The notes under the pieces are model-generated. The model worked only from the letters and a program-made list of their open reading frames with translations. It did not search any database and was not told the origin of the DNA. From positions 1-39,512 of the forward strand of contig JAXLNO010002306.1 of the NCBI GenBank assembly GCA_038087875.1: DNA of 39,512 nt. The letters are read 5' to 3'. The stretch comes from Malacoraja senta (taxonomy: Eukaryota). Both the position numbers and the translations under genes were made by a program. Every line of letters starts with the position of its first letter. The stretch's first letter is position 1. Below are positions 24,617-35,962 of this stretch, in pieces.

Positions 24617-24922
24617 CTTGAGGCTTCTGGAACTCCGTTCTCACCGTGTTGTCCGGCTTGTATCCTGCCTAGTAGTAGACGTTTTTCTTGTTCCAATCTG
24701 CCACAGGGACTCGCAGCAAGCTGCTCGTTGTGTACTCGTTGTTTTGTCCCAACACGGGTGGATACTTTGTGATTCCAGTGGTGATGTCCCCACTGCTGGT
24801 GGACCATGTCTGACTGATGATCTCAGGCTGGTAGTCCTTGACCAGACTGAGGATGCTGATTTCTTGGTCAGATTCTGTGTTGCAGGAAGAGGTGATGTGG
24901 ACTGAAGGCAAGGTCTTAATCT
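24617..24922 (-). pseudogene. IgW: IgW (IgX) CH1 exon, disrupted
   Basis: Acceptor TTTACTTTTCAG|, donor |GTTAGT, 306 nt, phase 1-1. Reads EIKTLPSVHITSSCNTESDQEISILSLVKDYQPEIISQTWSTSSG...KYPPVLGQN...SSLLRVPVADWNKKNVYY*AGYKPDNTVRTEFQKPQ, closely matching the skate IgX CH1 I recall. TAG at 24669-24671; both intradomain Cys lost. Confidence 0.9.
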
Positions 24923-25210
24923 CTGAAAAGTAAATAAATTAACAATTGGTTCTGTAGTAAATGGATTATTACCAGCGCATGCAACAGTTTCATGCTGATT
25001 GCTGAGTAAATGCAGGTGATTCAGGCTGAGAGAAGGCCAGGCAGAGCAGAGAATTTGTTCCTTTCCCAATCGCTTTCACACCGTGCATGACCAAGCAGTG
25101 AAATGCTGATCTCACACTGGCGAAGCAATTTCTGCCAACCAGAGGGACAAACCGACCTGTGCTCTGGGTGATGTGTCCCAGGTCAGGAAACACAGCTCAG
25201 GAAGTCCCAG

Positions 25211-28200
25211 GGAGGAAGTAAAACAACTAGTGGACTGGTGCGGCAAAAATAATCTAGAATTAAATGTCGACAAAACAAAGGAGATGGTTGTCGACTTCAG
25301 GAGGGCGCAGCCAAAGCATACACCCCTTAACATCAGTGGCGCCACAGTGGAGAGAGTGGAGAGCATAAAGTTCCTCGGGGTGCAAATTACAGACAGCCTC
25401 ACCTGGTCCAGGAACACCACTGGGACCGTCAAAAGGGCCCATCAGCAACTGCACTTCCTGAGGAAACTAACACAGGCCTCACTCCCCACCAACATCCTCA
25501 GGACTTTCTACAGGGGTACGGTGGAGTCTGTACTCACGTATTGCATAAATACGTGGTACTCCACCCGGTATGGGTAGAGCTGCGAAACACTAAGGGGCAG
25601 AAAACGCTGGTGGGTGTTGTGTACAGGCCACCTAACAGTAGTAGTGAAGTTGGAGATGGTATCAAACAGGAAATTAGAAATGCGTGCGACAAAGGCAAAA
25701 CAGTTATAATGGGTGACTTCAATCTACATATAGATTGGGTGAATCAAATTGGCAGGGGTGCCGAGGAAGAGAATTTCTTGGAATGTATGCGGGATAGTTA
25801 TCTAAATCAACATGTAGAGGAACCAACGAGAGAGCAGGCTATTTTAGACTGGGTATTGAGTAATGAGGAAGGGTTAGTTAGCAGTCTTGTTGTACGTGCC
25901 CCCTTGGGCAAGAGTGACCATAATATGGTTGAGTTCTTCATTAGGATGGAGAGTGACATTGTTAATTCAGAAACAATGGTTCTGAACTTAAAGAAAGGTA
26001 ACTTTGAGGGTATGAGACGTGAATTGGCCAAGATTGACTGGCAATTAATTCTAAAAGGGTTGACGGTGGACGTGCAATGGAAGACATCTAAAGACTGCAT
26101 GGATGAACTACAAAAATTGTTCATCCCAGTTAGCAAAAGAATAAATCAGGGAAGGTAGTGCATCCGTGGATAACAAGGGAAATCAGGGATGGTATCAAAG
26201 CGAAGGATGATGCGTACAAATTAGCCAGAAAAAGCAGCATACCGGAGGACTGGGAGAAATTCAGAGACCAGCAGAGGAGGACAAAGGGCTTAATTAGGAA
26301 AGGAAAAATAGATTATGAAAAAAAACTGGCAGGGAACATAAAAACTGACTGCAAAAGTTTTTATAGATATGTGAAGAGAAAGAGATTAGTTAAAACAAAT
26401 GTAGGTCCCTTGCAGTCAGAAACAGGTGAGTTGATCATGGGGAACAAGGATATGGCGGACCAATTGAATAACTACTTTGGTTCCGTCTTCACTAAGGAAG
26501 ACATAAATAATCTGCCGGAAATAGCAGGGGACCGCGGGTCAAAGGAGTTGGAGGAATTGAGTGAAATCCAGGTTAGTCGGGAAGTGGTTTTGGGTAAATT
26601 GAATGGATTAAAGGCCGATAAATCCCCAGGGCCAGATAGGCTGCATCCCAGAGTACTTAAGGAAGTAGCTCCAGAAATAGTGGATGCATTAGTAATAATC
26701 TTTCAAAACTCTTTAGATTCTGGAGTAGTTCCTGAGGATTGGCGGGTAGCAAACGTAACCCCACTTTTTAAGAAGGGAGGGAGAGAGAAAACGGGGAATT
26801 ACAGACCAGTTAGTCTAACATCGGTAGTGGGGAAACTGCTAGAGTCAGTTATTAAAGATGGGATAGCAGCACATTTGGAAAGTGGTGAAATCATTGGACA
26901 AAGTCAGCATGGATTTACGAAAGGTAAATCATGTCTGACGAATCTTATAGAATTTTTCGAGGATGTAACTAGTAGCGTGGATAGGGGTGAACAGAGGATG
27001 TGGTGTATCTGGACTTCCAGAAGGCTTTCGACAAGGTCCCACATAAGAGATTAGTATACAAACTTAAAGCACATGGCATTGGGGGTTCAGTATTGATGTG
27101 GATAGAGAACTGGCTGGCAAACAGGAAGCAAAGAGTAGGAGTAAACGGGTCCTTTTCACAATGGCAGGCAGTGACTAGTGGGGTACCGCAAGGCTCAGTG
27201 CTGGGACCCCAGCTATTTACAATATATATTAATGACCTGGAGGAGGGAATTGAAGGCAATATCTCCAAGTTTGCGGATGACACTAAGCTGGGGGGCAGTG
27301 TTAGCTGTGAGGAGGATGCTAGGAGACTGCAAGGTGACTTGGATAGGCTGGGTGAGTGGGCAAATGTTTGGCAGATGCAGTATAATGTGGATAAATGTGA
27401 GGTTATCCATTTTGGTGGCAAAAACAGGAAAGCAGACTATTATCTAAATGGTGGCCGACTAGGAAAAGGGGAGATACAGCGAGACCTGGGTTTCATGGTA
27501 CACCAGTCATTGAAAGTAGGCATGCAGGTGCAGTAGGCAGTGAAGAAAGCGAATGGTATGTTAGCTTTCATAGCAAAAGGATTTGAGTATAGGAGCAGGG
27601 AGGTTCTACTGCAGTTGTACAGGGTCTTGGTGAGACCACACCTGGAGTATTGTGCACAGTTTTGGTCTCCAAATCTGAGGAAGGACATTATTGCCATAGA
27701 GGGAGTGCAGAGAAGGTTCACCAGACTGATTCCTGGGATGTCAGGACTGTCTTATGAAGAAAGACTGGATAGACTTGGTTTATACTCTCTAGAATTTAGG
27801 AGATTGAGAGGGGATCTTATAGAAACTTACAAAATTCTTAAGGGGTTGGACAGGCTAGATGCAGGAAGATTGCTCCCGATGTTGGGGAAGTCCAGGACAA
27901 GGGGTCACAGCTTAAGGATAAGGGGGAAATCCTTTAAAACCGAGATGAGAAGAACTTTTTTCACACAGAGAGTGGTGAATCTCTGGAACTCTCTGCCACA
28001 GAGGGTAGTCGAGGCCAGTTCATTGGCTATATTTAAGAGGGAGTTAGATGTGGCCCTTGTGGCTAATGGGATCAGAGGGTATGGAGAGAAGGCAGGTACG
28101 GGATGCTGAGTTGGATGATCAGCCATGATCATATTGAATGGCGGTGCAGGCTCGAAGGGCCGAATGGCCTACTCCTGCACCTAATTTCTATGTTTCTATG

Positions 28201-28750
28201 CAACTGCTCGGACAGGAATGCTCTGCAGAGGGTAGTGAGGGGAGCAGAGAGGATCATTGGCGTCTCCCTACCCTCGGTACAAGAACTGTTCCGGAGCCGC
28301 TGTCTGAAAAAAGCTCAGAGAATTGCTAAGGACAAACTGCACCCCCTCCACATACACCTGGATCTCCTGCCATCAGGTAAGTCATATCGCAGCATCAAAG
28401 CCCAGACTACAAGACTGCTAAACAGCTTCCTGCCATATGCTGTGAGGCTGCTAAACAGCCACTCTGTACTCAGTCACCTGATTCTGCGGCTTTACACGGC
28501 CACTTTAATAACTGGCAGTGGCCACTCAAATCAGCTGCCCCGGACATGTTTATGATTGGTTTTACTGTATTTTAACGTTGTTTTTACCTACTTTTTAACT
28601 ATTTATACTGTTCCATCAGGGACTGGATTGTTTTTAGTGTTATTATGTGTGAAATGTTTTAAATTTCATGTGCGATGCTCCGGTATTCCCAGGGAAACGT
28701 CTTTTCATTTTGCACTGTACAACTGTTGCTTGCAAGATGACAATAAAGGT
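25211..28750 (+). mobile_element. Rex1/Babar 3' fragment (25211-25565 + 28199-28750) split by a nested CR1
   Basis: The intact paralog reads TACGTGGTACTCAACC-TGCAACTGCTCGG (~11058). Here the two halves are separated by 2.6 kb. Confidence 0.9.
25566..28198 (+). mobile_element. CR1 LINE (partial APE + RT), 5'-truncated, nested
   Basis: GVVYRPP, MGDFN, LGKSDH, KSPGPD, SQHGF and FADD; frameshifts at ~26158 and ~27000; (TTTCTATG)n tail. Confidence 0.95.
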
Positions 28751-29473
28751 TGATTTAGATTTAGATGATTTAGACATGGTACGATGCCAGATGGACCATA
28801 TCCACAAGCACCGGGCCAAATGGTGCTGGATCTGGCCTGTTGTGGACCTTCCTCAATGCTGGGGCCCGGAAGCGTTGTCACAGGTAAATAGGTTGGTAAA
28901 AAAAGCTCTTCATGAGTCAGGGAATTGAGATACAGTAATCCCTCATTTTATAGGACCCCATTATAACAGATTTTGGATATAGCAGACGGACCTGCCGATA
29001 CCACCCTTACACGTATGGCTCCTGACCGCTTAGAGCCCCGGCTTCCAACTCCACCTCCGACTCGCAAGTGAGCCCTTCTTCACCCACCACCATATGGTCC
29101 ATGATGCTGGTGTTGTTGCGGCTCACGGAGCCCCCGGGATGAGCGATTTCTTCAAGCTGCCGTCCTCGACAGGACATGCTTGGTCACCATGAGGCTCCCT
29201 CCCCTCCCACCTGCTGCTGTCCACTCCCTGCTCGACCGCCATCTCCCCCTCGTCCTCCCCTCGCTCTGTCCACTCGGCCTCTTCCCCCCTCCCCCCTCCA
29301 CCGCCATCTCCTCCTCCTTCTCCCTGGAGTCACCAACATACTGCACCTTGGAAGCAGCAGCTGGTGAGAGGAGAGGGTGCCCCATGGTGAGCGTGCACCT
29401 GTCAGTGGCAGCGACCTGAAGAAAGCACTGCCAGCCAGAGGCTACAATGTGAGCCACAACCACAGCCATGTCA

Positions 29474-30270
29474 CATAGAAACATAGAAAATAGGTGCAGG
29501 AGTAGGCCATTCGGCCCTTCGAGCCTGCACCGCCATTCAATATGATCATGGCTGATCATCCAACTCAGTATCCTGTACCTGCTTTCTCTCCATACCCCAT
29601 GTTCCCTTTAGCCACAAGGGCCACAAACTCCCTCTTAAATATAGCCAATGAACTGGCCTCAACTACATTCTGTGGCAGAGAATTCCACAGATTCACCACT
29701 CTTTGTGTAAATTTTTTTTTCCTCATCTCAGTCCTAAAAGATTTCCCCTTTATCCTTAAACTGTGACCCCTTGTTCTGGACTCCCCCAACATCGGGAACA
29801 ATCTTCCTGCATCTAGCCTGTCCAACCCCTTAAGAATTTTGTAAGCTTCTATAAGATCCCCCCTCAGTCTTCTAAATTCCAGCGAGTACAAGCCGAGTCT
29901 ATCCAGTCTTTCCTCATATGAAAGTCCTGACATCCCAGGAATCAGTCTGGTGAACCTTCTCTGTACTCCCTCTATGGCAAGAATGTCCTTCCTCAGATTA
30001 GGAGACCAAAACTGTACGCAATACTCCAAGTGTGGTCTCACCAAGACCCTGTACAACTGCAGTAGAACCTCCCTGCTCCTATACTCAAATCCTTTTGCTA
30101 TGAATGCTAACATACCATTCGCTTTCTTCACTCCCTGCTGCACCTGCATGCCCACTTTCAATGACTGGTGTACCATGACACCCAGGTCTCGCTGCATCTC
30201 CCCTTTTCCTAATCGGCCACCATTCAGGTAATAGTCTACTTTCCTGTTTTTGCCACCAAAGTGGATAACC
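29474..30270 (-). mobile_element. CR1 3' fragment
   Basis: ORF 29565-30338 with [14 protein letters not shown] and SLEFRRLRGDL; ACATAGAAACATAGAAAA tail. Confidence 0.9.
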
Positions 30271-30545
30271 GGACTGTCAAAGCTGCCACAGCCAGACATA
30301 AAAACAGTTTTTTTTCCACGAGTAGTGGCTCTACTCAATAACCAAAAATCTGTAGCTTCCTTTTGCTCTGGTATTATAATTAATTCACATGTTTAATCAA
30401 TGTTTTATTATTAATATTTATTATTTTACGTGTCATTCCTAACTGTCACTGTATGTCGTTGTCACTTGCGGGCGGAGCACCAAGGCAAATTCCTTGTATG
30501 TGAATACTCGGCCAATAAACTTATTCATCCATTCATTCATTACAA
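30270..30545 (+). mobile_element. LINE/SINE 3' tail ending in AATAAA-(ATTC)n
   Basis: ...GGCCAATAAACTTATTCATCCATTCATTCATT; family not assigned. Confidence 0.45.
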
Positions 30546-31046
30546 CACGGCTGTACTGTGAACATGCCTCACTGCCTGTGAAAGGTGCGGGGACACCATG
30601 AAAGGTGCTCTGTGAATGACCACTGAGATTCACTGAGACACCAGCAGCCCTGGTTAAAGGAGCAAAGCACATGTTGGACAAACCCAGAAATTAGAGCCAT
30701 TCCTCTGTCTGTGAACTGAGAAAAAGCAGTTCTTTTGTGCAGCAAAACTCACATCAAAAACACCAAGTAACTTGACTCAGAATCTAAACTACGACCATCA
30801 GTGAATTCACAATGAAGAATAAAAGGTATTGACTTACTAAGGATCTCTAAATGTTGAAATTCAATACAAGATGCAAAGAAAACCTGGTGTACTAAACCCC
30901 ACATCCAGAACCATGTACAACATTCTCTCATTATGTTCAAATCATTCATTGTTGTGAACCTTTGTTTTTGAACCAAACAGCATCAATTTGTTTTACAATC
31001 TAGAGAATCTTCTGTGTTCTGAAACAAGGAGTGTTTGACAGAGCAA

Positions 31047-31340
31047 TGTAGAGGGAGCTTGACTCTGTGTCAAACACTCTGTCCCTGCACTGGGAGTATG
31101 TAACAGTGTAGAGGGAACTTCACTCAGTGACTAACCTGTAACCTGGGTGTGTGTGGGGACAGGTTGGAGGGAACTTCACTCAGTGACTAACCTGCACCCT
31201 GGGTGTGTGTGGAGACAGTGTAGAGGGAACTTCACTCAGTGACTAACCTGTAACCTGGGTGTGTGTGGGGACAGGTTGGAGGGAGCCTCACTCCTTGTCT
31301 AACCTGTGCTGTCCCTTCCCTGGGAGCGTTGGGATAGGAC
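31047..31340. repeat. 56-60-bp minisatellite, 5 units, in the J-C intron
   Basis: GAGGGA anchors at 31051, 31111, 31167, 31223 and 31279; alternating variants give a 112-bp higher-order period. Confidence 0.85.
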
Positions 31341-31477
31341 AGATGGAACGTTGTATCTAATCTGTAGCTGACAGCACAGTGACACGGGGAGATATATTCT
31401 GCATTTGACTCGTGCTTTGTCTGACCTGGATATGTTTGATGGGATCTCTTTGCGAGAGCAGGTATTGGAGACATTGA

Positions 31478-32750
31478 GTCATAGAGTGATACAGTGTGGA
31501 AACAGGCCCTTCAGCCCAACTCGTCCACACCGGCCAACAATATCCCAGCTACACTAGTCCCACTTGCCTGCGCTTGGTCCATAACCATCCAAACCCGTCC
31601 TACCCATGTACCTGTCCAACTGGTTCATAAAACGATGGGATAGTCCCAACCTCAACTACCTCCTCTGGCAGCTTGTTCCATACGCCCACCACCCTTTGTG
31701 TGAAAAAGTTACCTCTCGGATTCCTATTAAATCTTTTCCCCTTCACCTTGAACCTATGTCCTCGATTCCCCTACTCTGGGTAAAAGAATCTGTGCATCTA
31801 ATGATTTTGTATACCTCTATAAGATCTCCCCTCATCCTCATGCGCCATGGAATAGAGACCCAGCCTACTCAACCTCTCCCTACAGCTCACACCCTCTAGT
31901 CCTGGCAACATCTTCGTAAAACTTTTCAGAACCCTTTCAAGCTTGACAATATCTTTCCTATAACATGGTGCCCAGAACTGAACACAATATTCTAAATGCG
32001 GTCTCACCAATGTCTTAGACAATAGACAATAGTTGCAGGAGAAGGCCATTCAGCCCTTCGAGCCAGCACCGCCATTCAATGTGATCATGGCTGATCATCC
32101 CCGATCAGTACCCCGTTCCTGCCTTCTCCCCATATCCCCTGACTCTGCTATTTTTAAGAGCCCTATCTAGCTCTCTTGAAAGCATCCAGAGAACCTGCCT
32201 CCACCGCCCTGTGAGGCAGAGAATTCCACAGACTCACAACTCTCTGTGAGAAAAAGTGTTTCCTCGTCTCCGTTCTAAATGGCTTACTCCTTATTCTTAA
32301 ACTGTGGCCCCTGGTTCAAACTTTTTGTCCAAACCCTTAACGATCTTATATGTTTCAATGAGATGCCCTCTCATCCTTCTAAACTCCAGAGTGTACAAGC
32401 CCAGCTGCACCATTCTCTCAGCATATGACAGTCCTGCCATCCCGGGAATTAACCTTGTAAACCAACACTGCATTCCCTCAATAGCAAGAATGTCCTTCCT
32501 CACATGAGGGGACCAAAACTGCACACAATACTCCAGGTGTGGTCTCACTAGGGCTCTGTACAACTGCAGAAGGACCTCCTTGCTCCTATATTCGATTCCT
32601 CTTGTTATAAAGGCCAACATGCCATTCGCTTTCTTCACTGCCTGCTGTACCTGCATGCTTACTTTCATAGACTGATGAACAACGATCCCCAGATCCCGTT
32701 GTACTTCCCCTTTTCCCAACTTGACACCATTTAGATAGTAATCTGATACA
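31478..32750 (-). mobile_element. Two adjacent CR1 3' fragments
   Basis: [12 protein letters not shown] motifs in ORFs 31798-32049 and 32297-32809; CR1 tails at ~31478 and ~32020. Confidence 0.85.
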
Positions 32751-32859
32751 ACTGCAACTGGATTTACAAAATAAATAATAGATTCATTGAATCTCAGAGC
32801 ACAGAACATTCATCTCATTGTGTCCGTACTTGTCCTTTAGCTGAGTTGGATGAATAATA

Positions 32860-34950
32860 GTGTGGTATTAGTGGGAGATTTCAACTTCCCTCATATTGAG
32901 TGCTAGGATGAGATAGAATTTGTTAACCACATCTCAGAAAGATTCCTTAATCAACTCAAAGAGGGTTCTGCTGGAACCGCTATAGAGAATACAACACTAA
33001 ACCTCCGCTTCAGATATGAGGCAAGGGATGAGATGTCAGTGTGGAAGCATTTTTAGACCAGTGACCATAGTTCTTCCAGTTTTAAACACAAAAAGCTAGA
33101 GTGCCTCTACGGGTCAGACATCATCTCTGGAGAAAAGGAATAGATGGTGTTTCAGGTCAAGACTCTTCTTCAGCCTGAGAGTCCTTTCCCCTGACTCTCA
33201 ATCTGAAGGGTCTCGACCCTAAATGTCACCGTTTCCCTCTCTCCAGAGATGCTGTTTGACCCGCTGAGTTATTCCAGCTTTTTGTATCTATCTTCAGTTT
33301 AAACCAGCATCTGCAGTTACGTCCTACACCTCTACTAGTTTTAAAGTAGTTATCGAGAAGCATGAAACTGGCCCACAAATGAAGATCCTAACTGAGTTAA
33401 GGCTGATTTTGGAAGCATTGGTCTGGAACTTGCAGAGTTTGTTTGGGAGAGTCTATTAGTGGTTAGGGGATGGCTGACATGTGGGAGGCTTTCAAAAGTG
33501 GGATAGCCAGAGTGCAGGGGCAGCTTATTAATGTTAGGGTGAATGGCAAGTCATGGAATCCTGGTTTTTGAGTGATGTTGAGTCTCTGGTCAGATAAAAG
33601 CAGGAGACATACCTCAGATTAAGGCTGTCGCGCTCAAGCGAATGCCTCCGTGAGTATAAGAGGCGTAGGAACACACTAAAGAATGCACTTGGGCAATAAA
33701 GAGGCCCTGAAATGGTTCTGACAGGCAAGGTTAAGGAAAACCCTAAGAGGGACTCTATAGTCAAATAACGATAAAGTAGTTTGGGGAAGAATAGGTCCCC
33801 TTAAAATTCAGATCAGCATGGCCACCTTCGTGTAGACACAAGAGATGGGCGAGATATTAAATGAATATTTCCTATCCGCAGTAACTAATGAGAAGATCAT
33901 GGAAGCTAATGAGTTGAATCATAGGAGTTGTGATGTCTTAGATCATAACCAAATGACCAAAAAGGAGCTAATGGCAGCTTTCAAGTGCATTGAGGTGGAT
34001 AAATCCCCAGCGCCTTACAACTGCATCCACTGATCTTGTGGGAAGCTCAGGAAAATAATTTACTTTCCATCAGAGGTATTTACATCATCTTCCGCTGCAG
34101 ATTAATCTCCAAATGACTGGAGGGTGGCTGATACTCAAGTGTAATTGAAGAAGGACATTAGGGCCAAGCCAGGGATCTACACCAGTGAGCCTGACTTCAT
34201 TGGTGGGAATGTCCTTCATGACAGGAACTACCAGTATTTGGACAGACACGGACTGATTAGGGATAGTCCTAAGTTTACAAGAAGATCTAGATCACTTGGT
34301 AGGGTGGGCCAAGGATTAGGGACTGCATGGCTTGTGTTTGGGAAATTGTGCCTCATGAACCTGATAGGTCTGGCATGGTGGGCTGGAGTGGAAGGTTAGA
34401 TCATATGAAACCCAACATGAGCTAAATTAGCTTGGAGAAAGTGGACTGCTGCAGGGGTCAGTGCTGAGACCACTGTTGTTGGTTATCTACATTAACAGTT
34501 TGCCATACAATATAGTGGACATTGATAGTAAGTTTGCAGATGACACCAAAATCAGTGGACAGTGAGGAAGGATAAGTTTGCCAAAAGATCTAGATCAGCT
34601 GGGAAGGTGAGCCAAGGAATGCCAAATAGAATTTAACTCTGACTTATGAGGGGGTGTTGAACTTTGGTCGATCAAACCAGGGCTGGACTTACACATTAAA
34701 TGGTAGAGCCCGGAGAGTGTTGTAGAACAGACAGATGTGGAAATGCAGGGGCATGGTTCGCTGAGAGTGGCGAGTTAGGTGGACAGGGAGCTGGGGTGGC
34801 TTTTGGCAGACTGCCTTCAATAGGCAGTATCTGGAATGAGTTGCCAGAGGAAACTATAAAAGTAGATAGAATTCTTATTATCAAACAAATCCGATATATG
34901 GATGAGAAGGATATGTGGCCAAAGGGACGAGCCCAGAAAGCCAGCTTGGT
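32860..34950 (+). mobile_element. Old, highly degenerate CR1, interrupted by Penelope-derived short repeats (~33110-33330)
   Basis: Remnant motifs VGDFNFPHI, MGEILNEYF, VDKSP and KFADDTKI. Confidence 0.7.
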
Positions 34951-35192
34951 CGGCATGCACAAGATAGATGATGGCGAGACTCAGGGAAAGAACAGCCTGT
35001 GGGGCAGTTCAACGCGGTGGGAAATGTACTGTTGCTGGGTAGATTCTAACTCTGCAGAAACCCGCCAGTCTCCGGGAAATCCGTGCAATTGTTCTAAATA
35101 TCTCACCGAGTTCAGGTCAATTACAGAATTTGCAAAGACCATAAATTAATGAAACACAACTGGGTAAAATGTAATTGAGGAATTGGTCTTAC

Positions 35193-35522
35193 CTGAAGTC
35201 ACTGTCAGCGAGGTTCCTGCACCCCAGTTGTCATCTCGCACAGTAATAGGTGGCCGTGTCGTCCAGTCTCAGGCCATTCATTTGGAGATAGACATTGCTG
35301 ATGTCCTTGGAAACCTCGATTCGGCCGTTGAAGACAGGCGCGTAATTTTTGTCACCATTATACCTCATCCTCGCCACCCACTCCAGCCCTTTCCCGGAGA
35401 CCTGTTTCACTCAGTGTAGTTGCTGAGGCTGAACCCGCTGGTTGCACAGGTCAGTTTGAGGGACCCTCCGGACTTTGCCACCCCGGTCGGGGTCTGATTC
35501 AGCACGACCGCGGATCGAACGC
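35193..35522 (-). pseudogene. IgW: Pre-joined IgW V-(D)-J exon, out of frame
   Basis: Acceptor TTTTATTGGCAG|, donor |GTAAGA. Reads GVRSAVVLNQTPTGVAKSGGSLKLTCATSGFSLSNYT [shift] VKQVSGKGLEWVARMRYNGDKNYAPVFNGRIEVSKDISNVYLQMNGLRLDDTATYYCAR [shift] DNWGAGTSLTVTS. No RSS between V and J. Stops at 35407-35409 and 35231-35233. Confidence 0.95.
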
Positions 35523-35623
35523 CTGCCAATAAAAGAGAAATAATGTTGAATAAACAGTTGAAGAGGCAGAGGGTGAAAGAGTGTCCGTGAAGCAGCTTGG
35601 CCCCGAGTGGGGGTGACGCCCAC

Positions 35624-35669
35624 CTGGCAGACAGGACAGAAGGAGACAGAGATAAGCAGCGACCCCCAT
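35624..35669 (-). pseudogene. IgW: IgW leader exon (MGVAAYLCLLLSCLP-G)
   Basis: ATG at 35669, 46-nt exon, GT donor, 101-nt intron to the V exon; hydrophobic signal peptide ends in GVRS. Confidence 0.9.
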
Positions 35670-35704
35670 CGCTCTGAGCACTGACACACACTTGGACACT
35701 CCTT

Positions 35705-35962
35705 TTAAAAAAAAATTCAAAAGAGACTTTATTCAAGTAATAAATATATACAATACGTGAACCGTGCGAAAAATTAATCCGGCATTTTCGGAGGCTATAC
35801 AAATTGTCCAATGCAGTTAATACATTTTTTTCAAATTCCACAAATCCATCCCCCACCCGTGCCACTCATGTGGCCCCCTGGCGTGGCATACCTTCCCTTA
35901 TTTTGAGGGGCGTCTCCACCATACCGTGCCCCCCATGTCCAGCAGCGGGAGGACACTAGACT
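35705..35962 (-). mobile_element. Possible retroelement (L1/Tx1-like) 3' end just upstream of the V leader
   Basis: Minus strand ends ...TTGAATAAAGTCTCTTTTGAATTTTTTTTTAAAA (AATAAA at 35728-35733), resembling LINE 3' termini. Family not verified. Confidence 0.3.

Noticed and set aside
28942-28990. TACAGTAATCCCTC... as a Tigger/pogo TIR
   Set aside because: Only one short degenerate end; no partner TIR found.
35193-35669. Processed (retrotransposed) Ig pseudogene
   Set aside because: The leader intron, the J splice donor and a distant separate CH1 exon are all retained.
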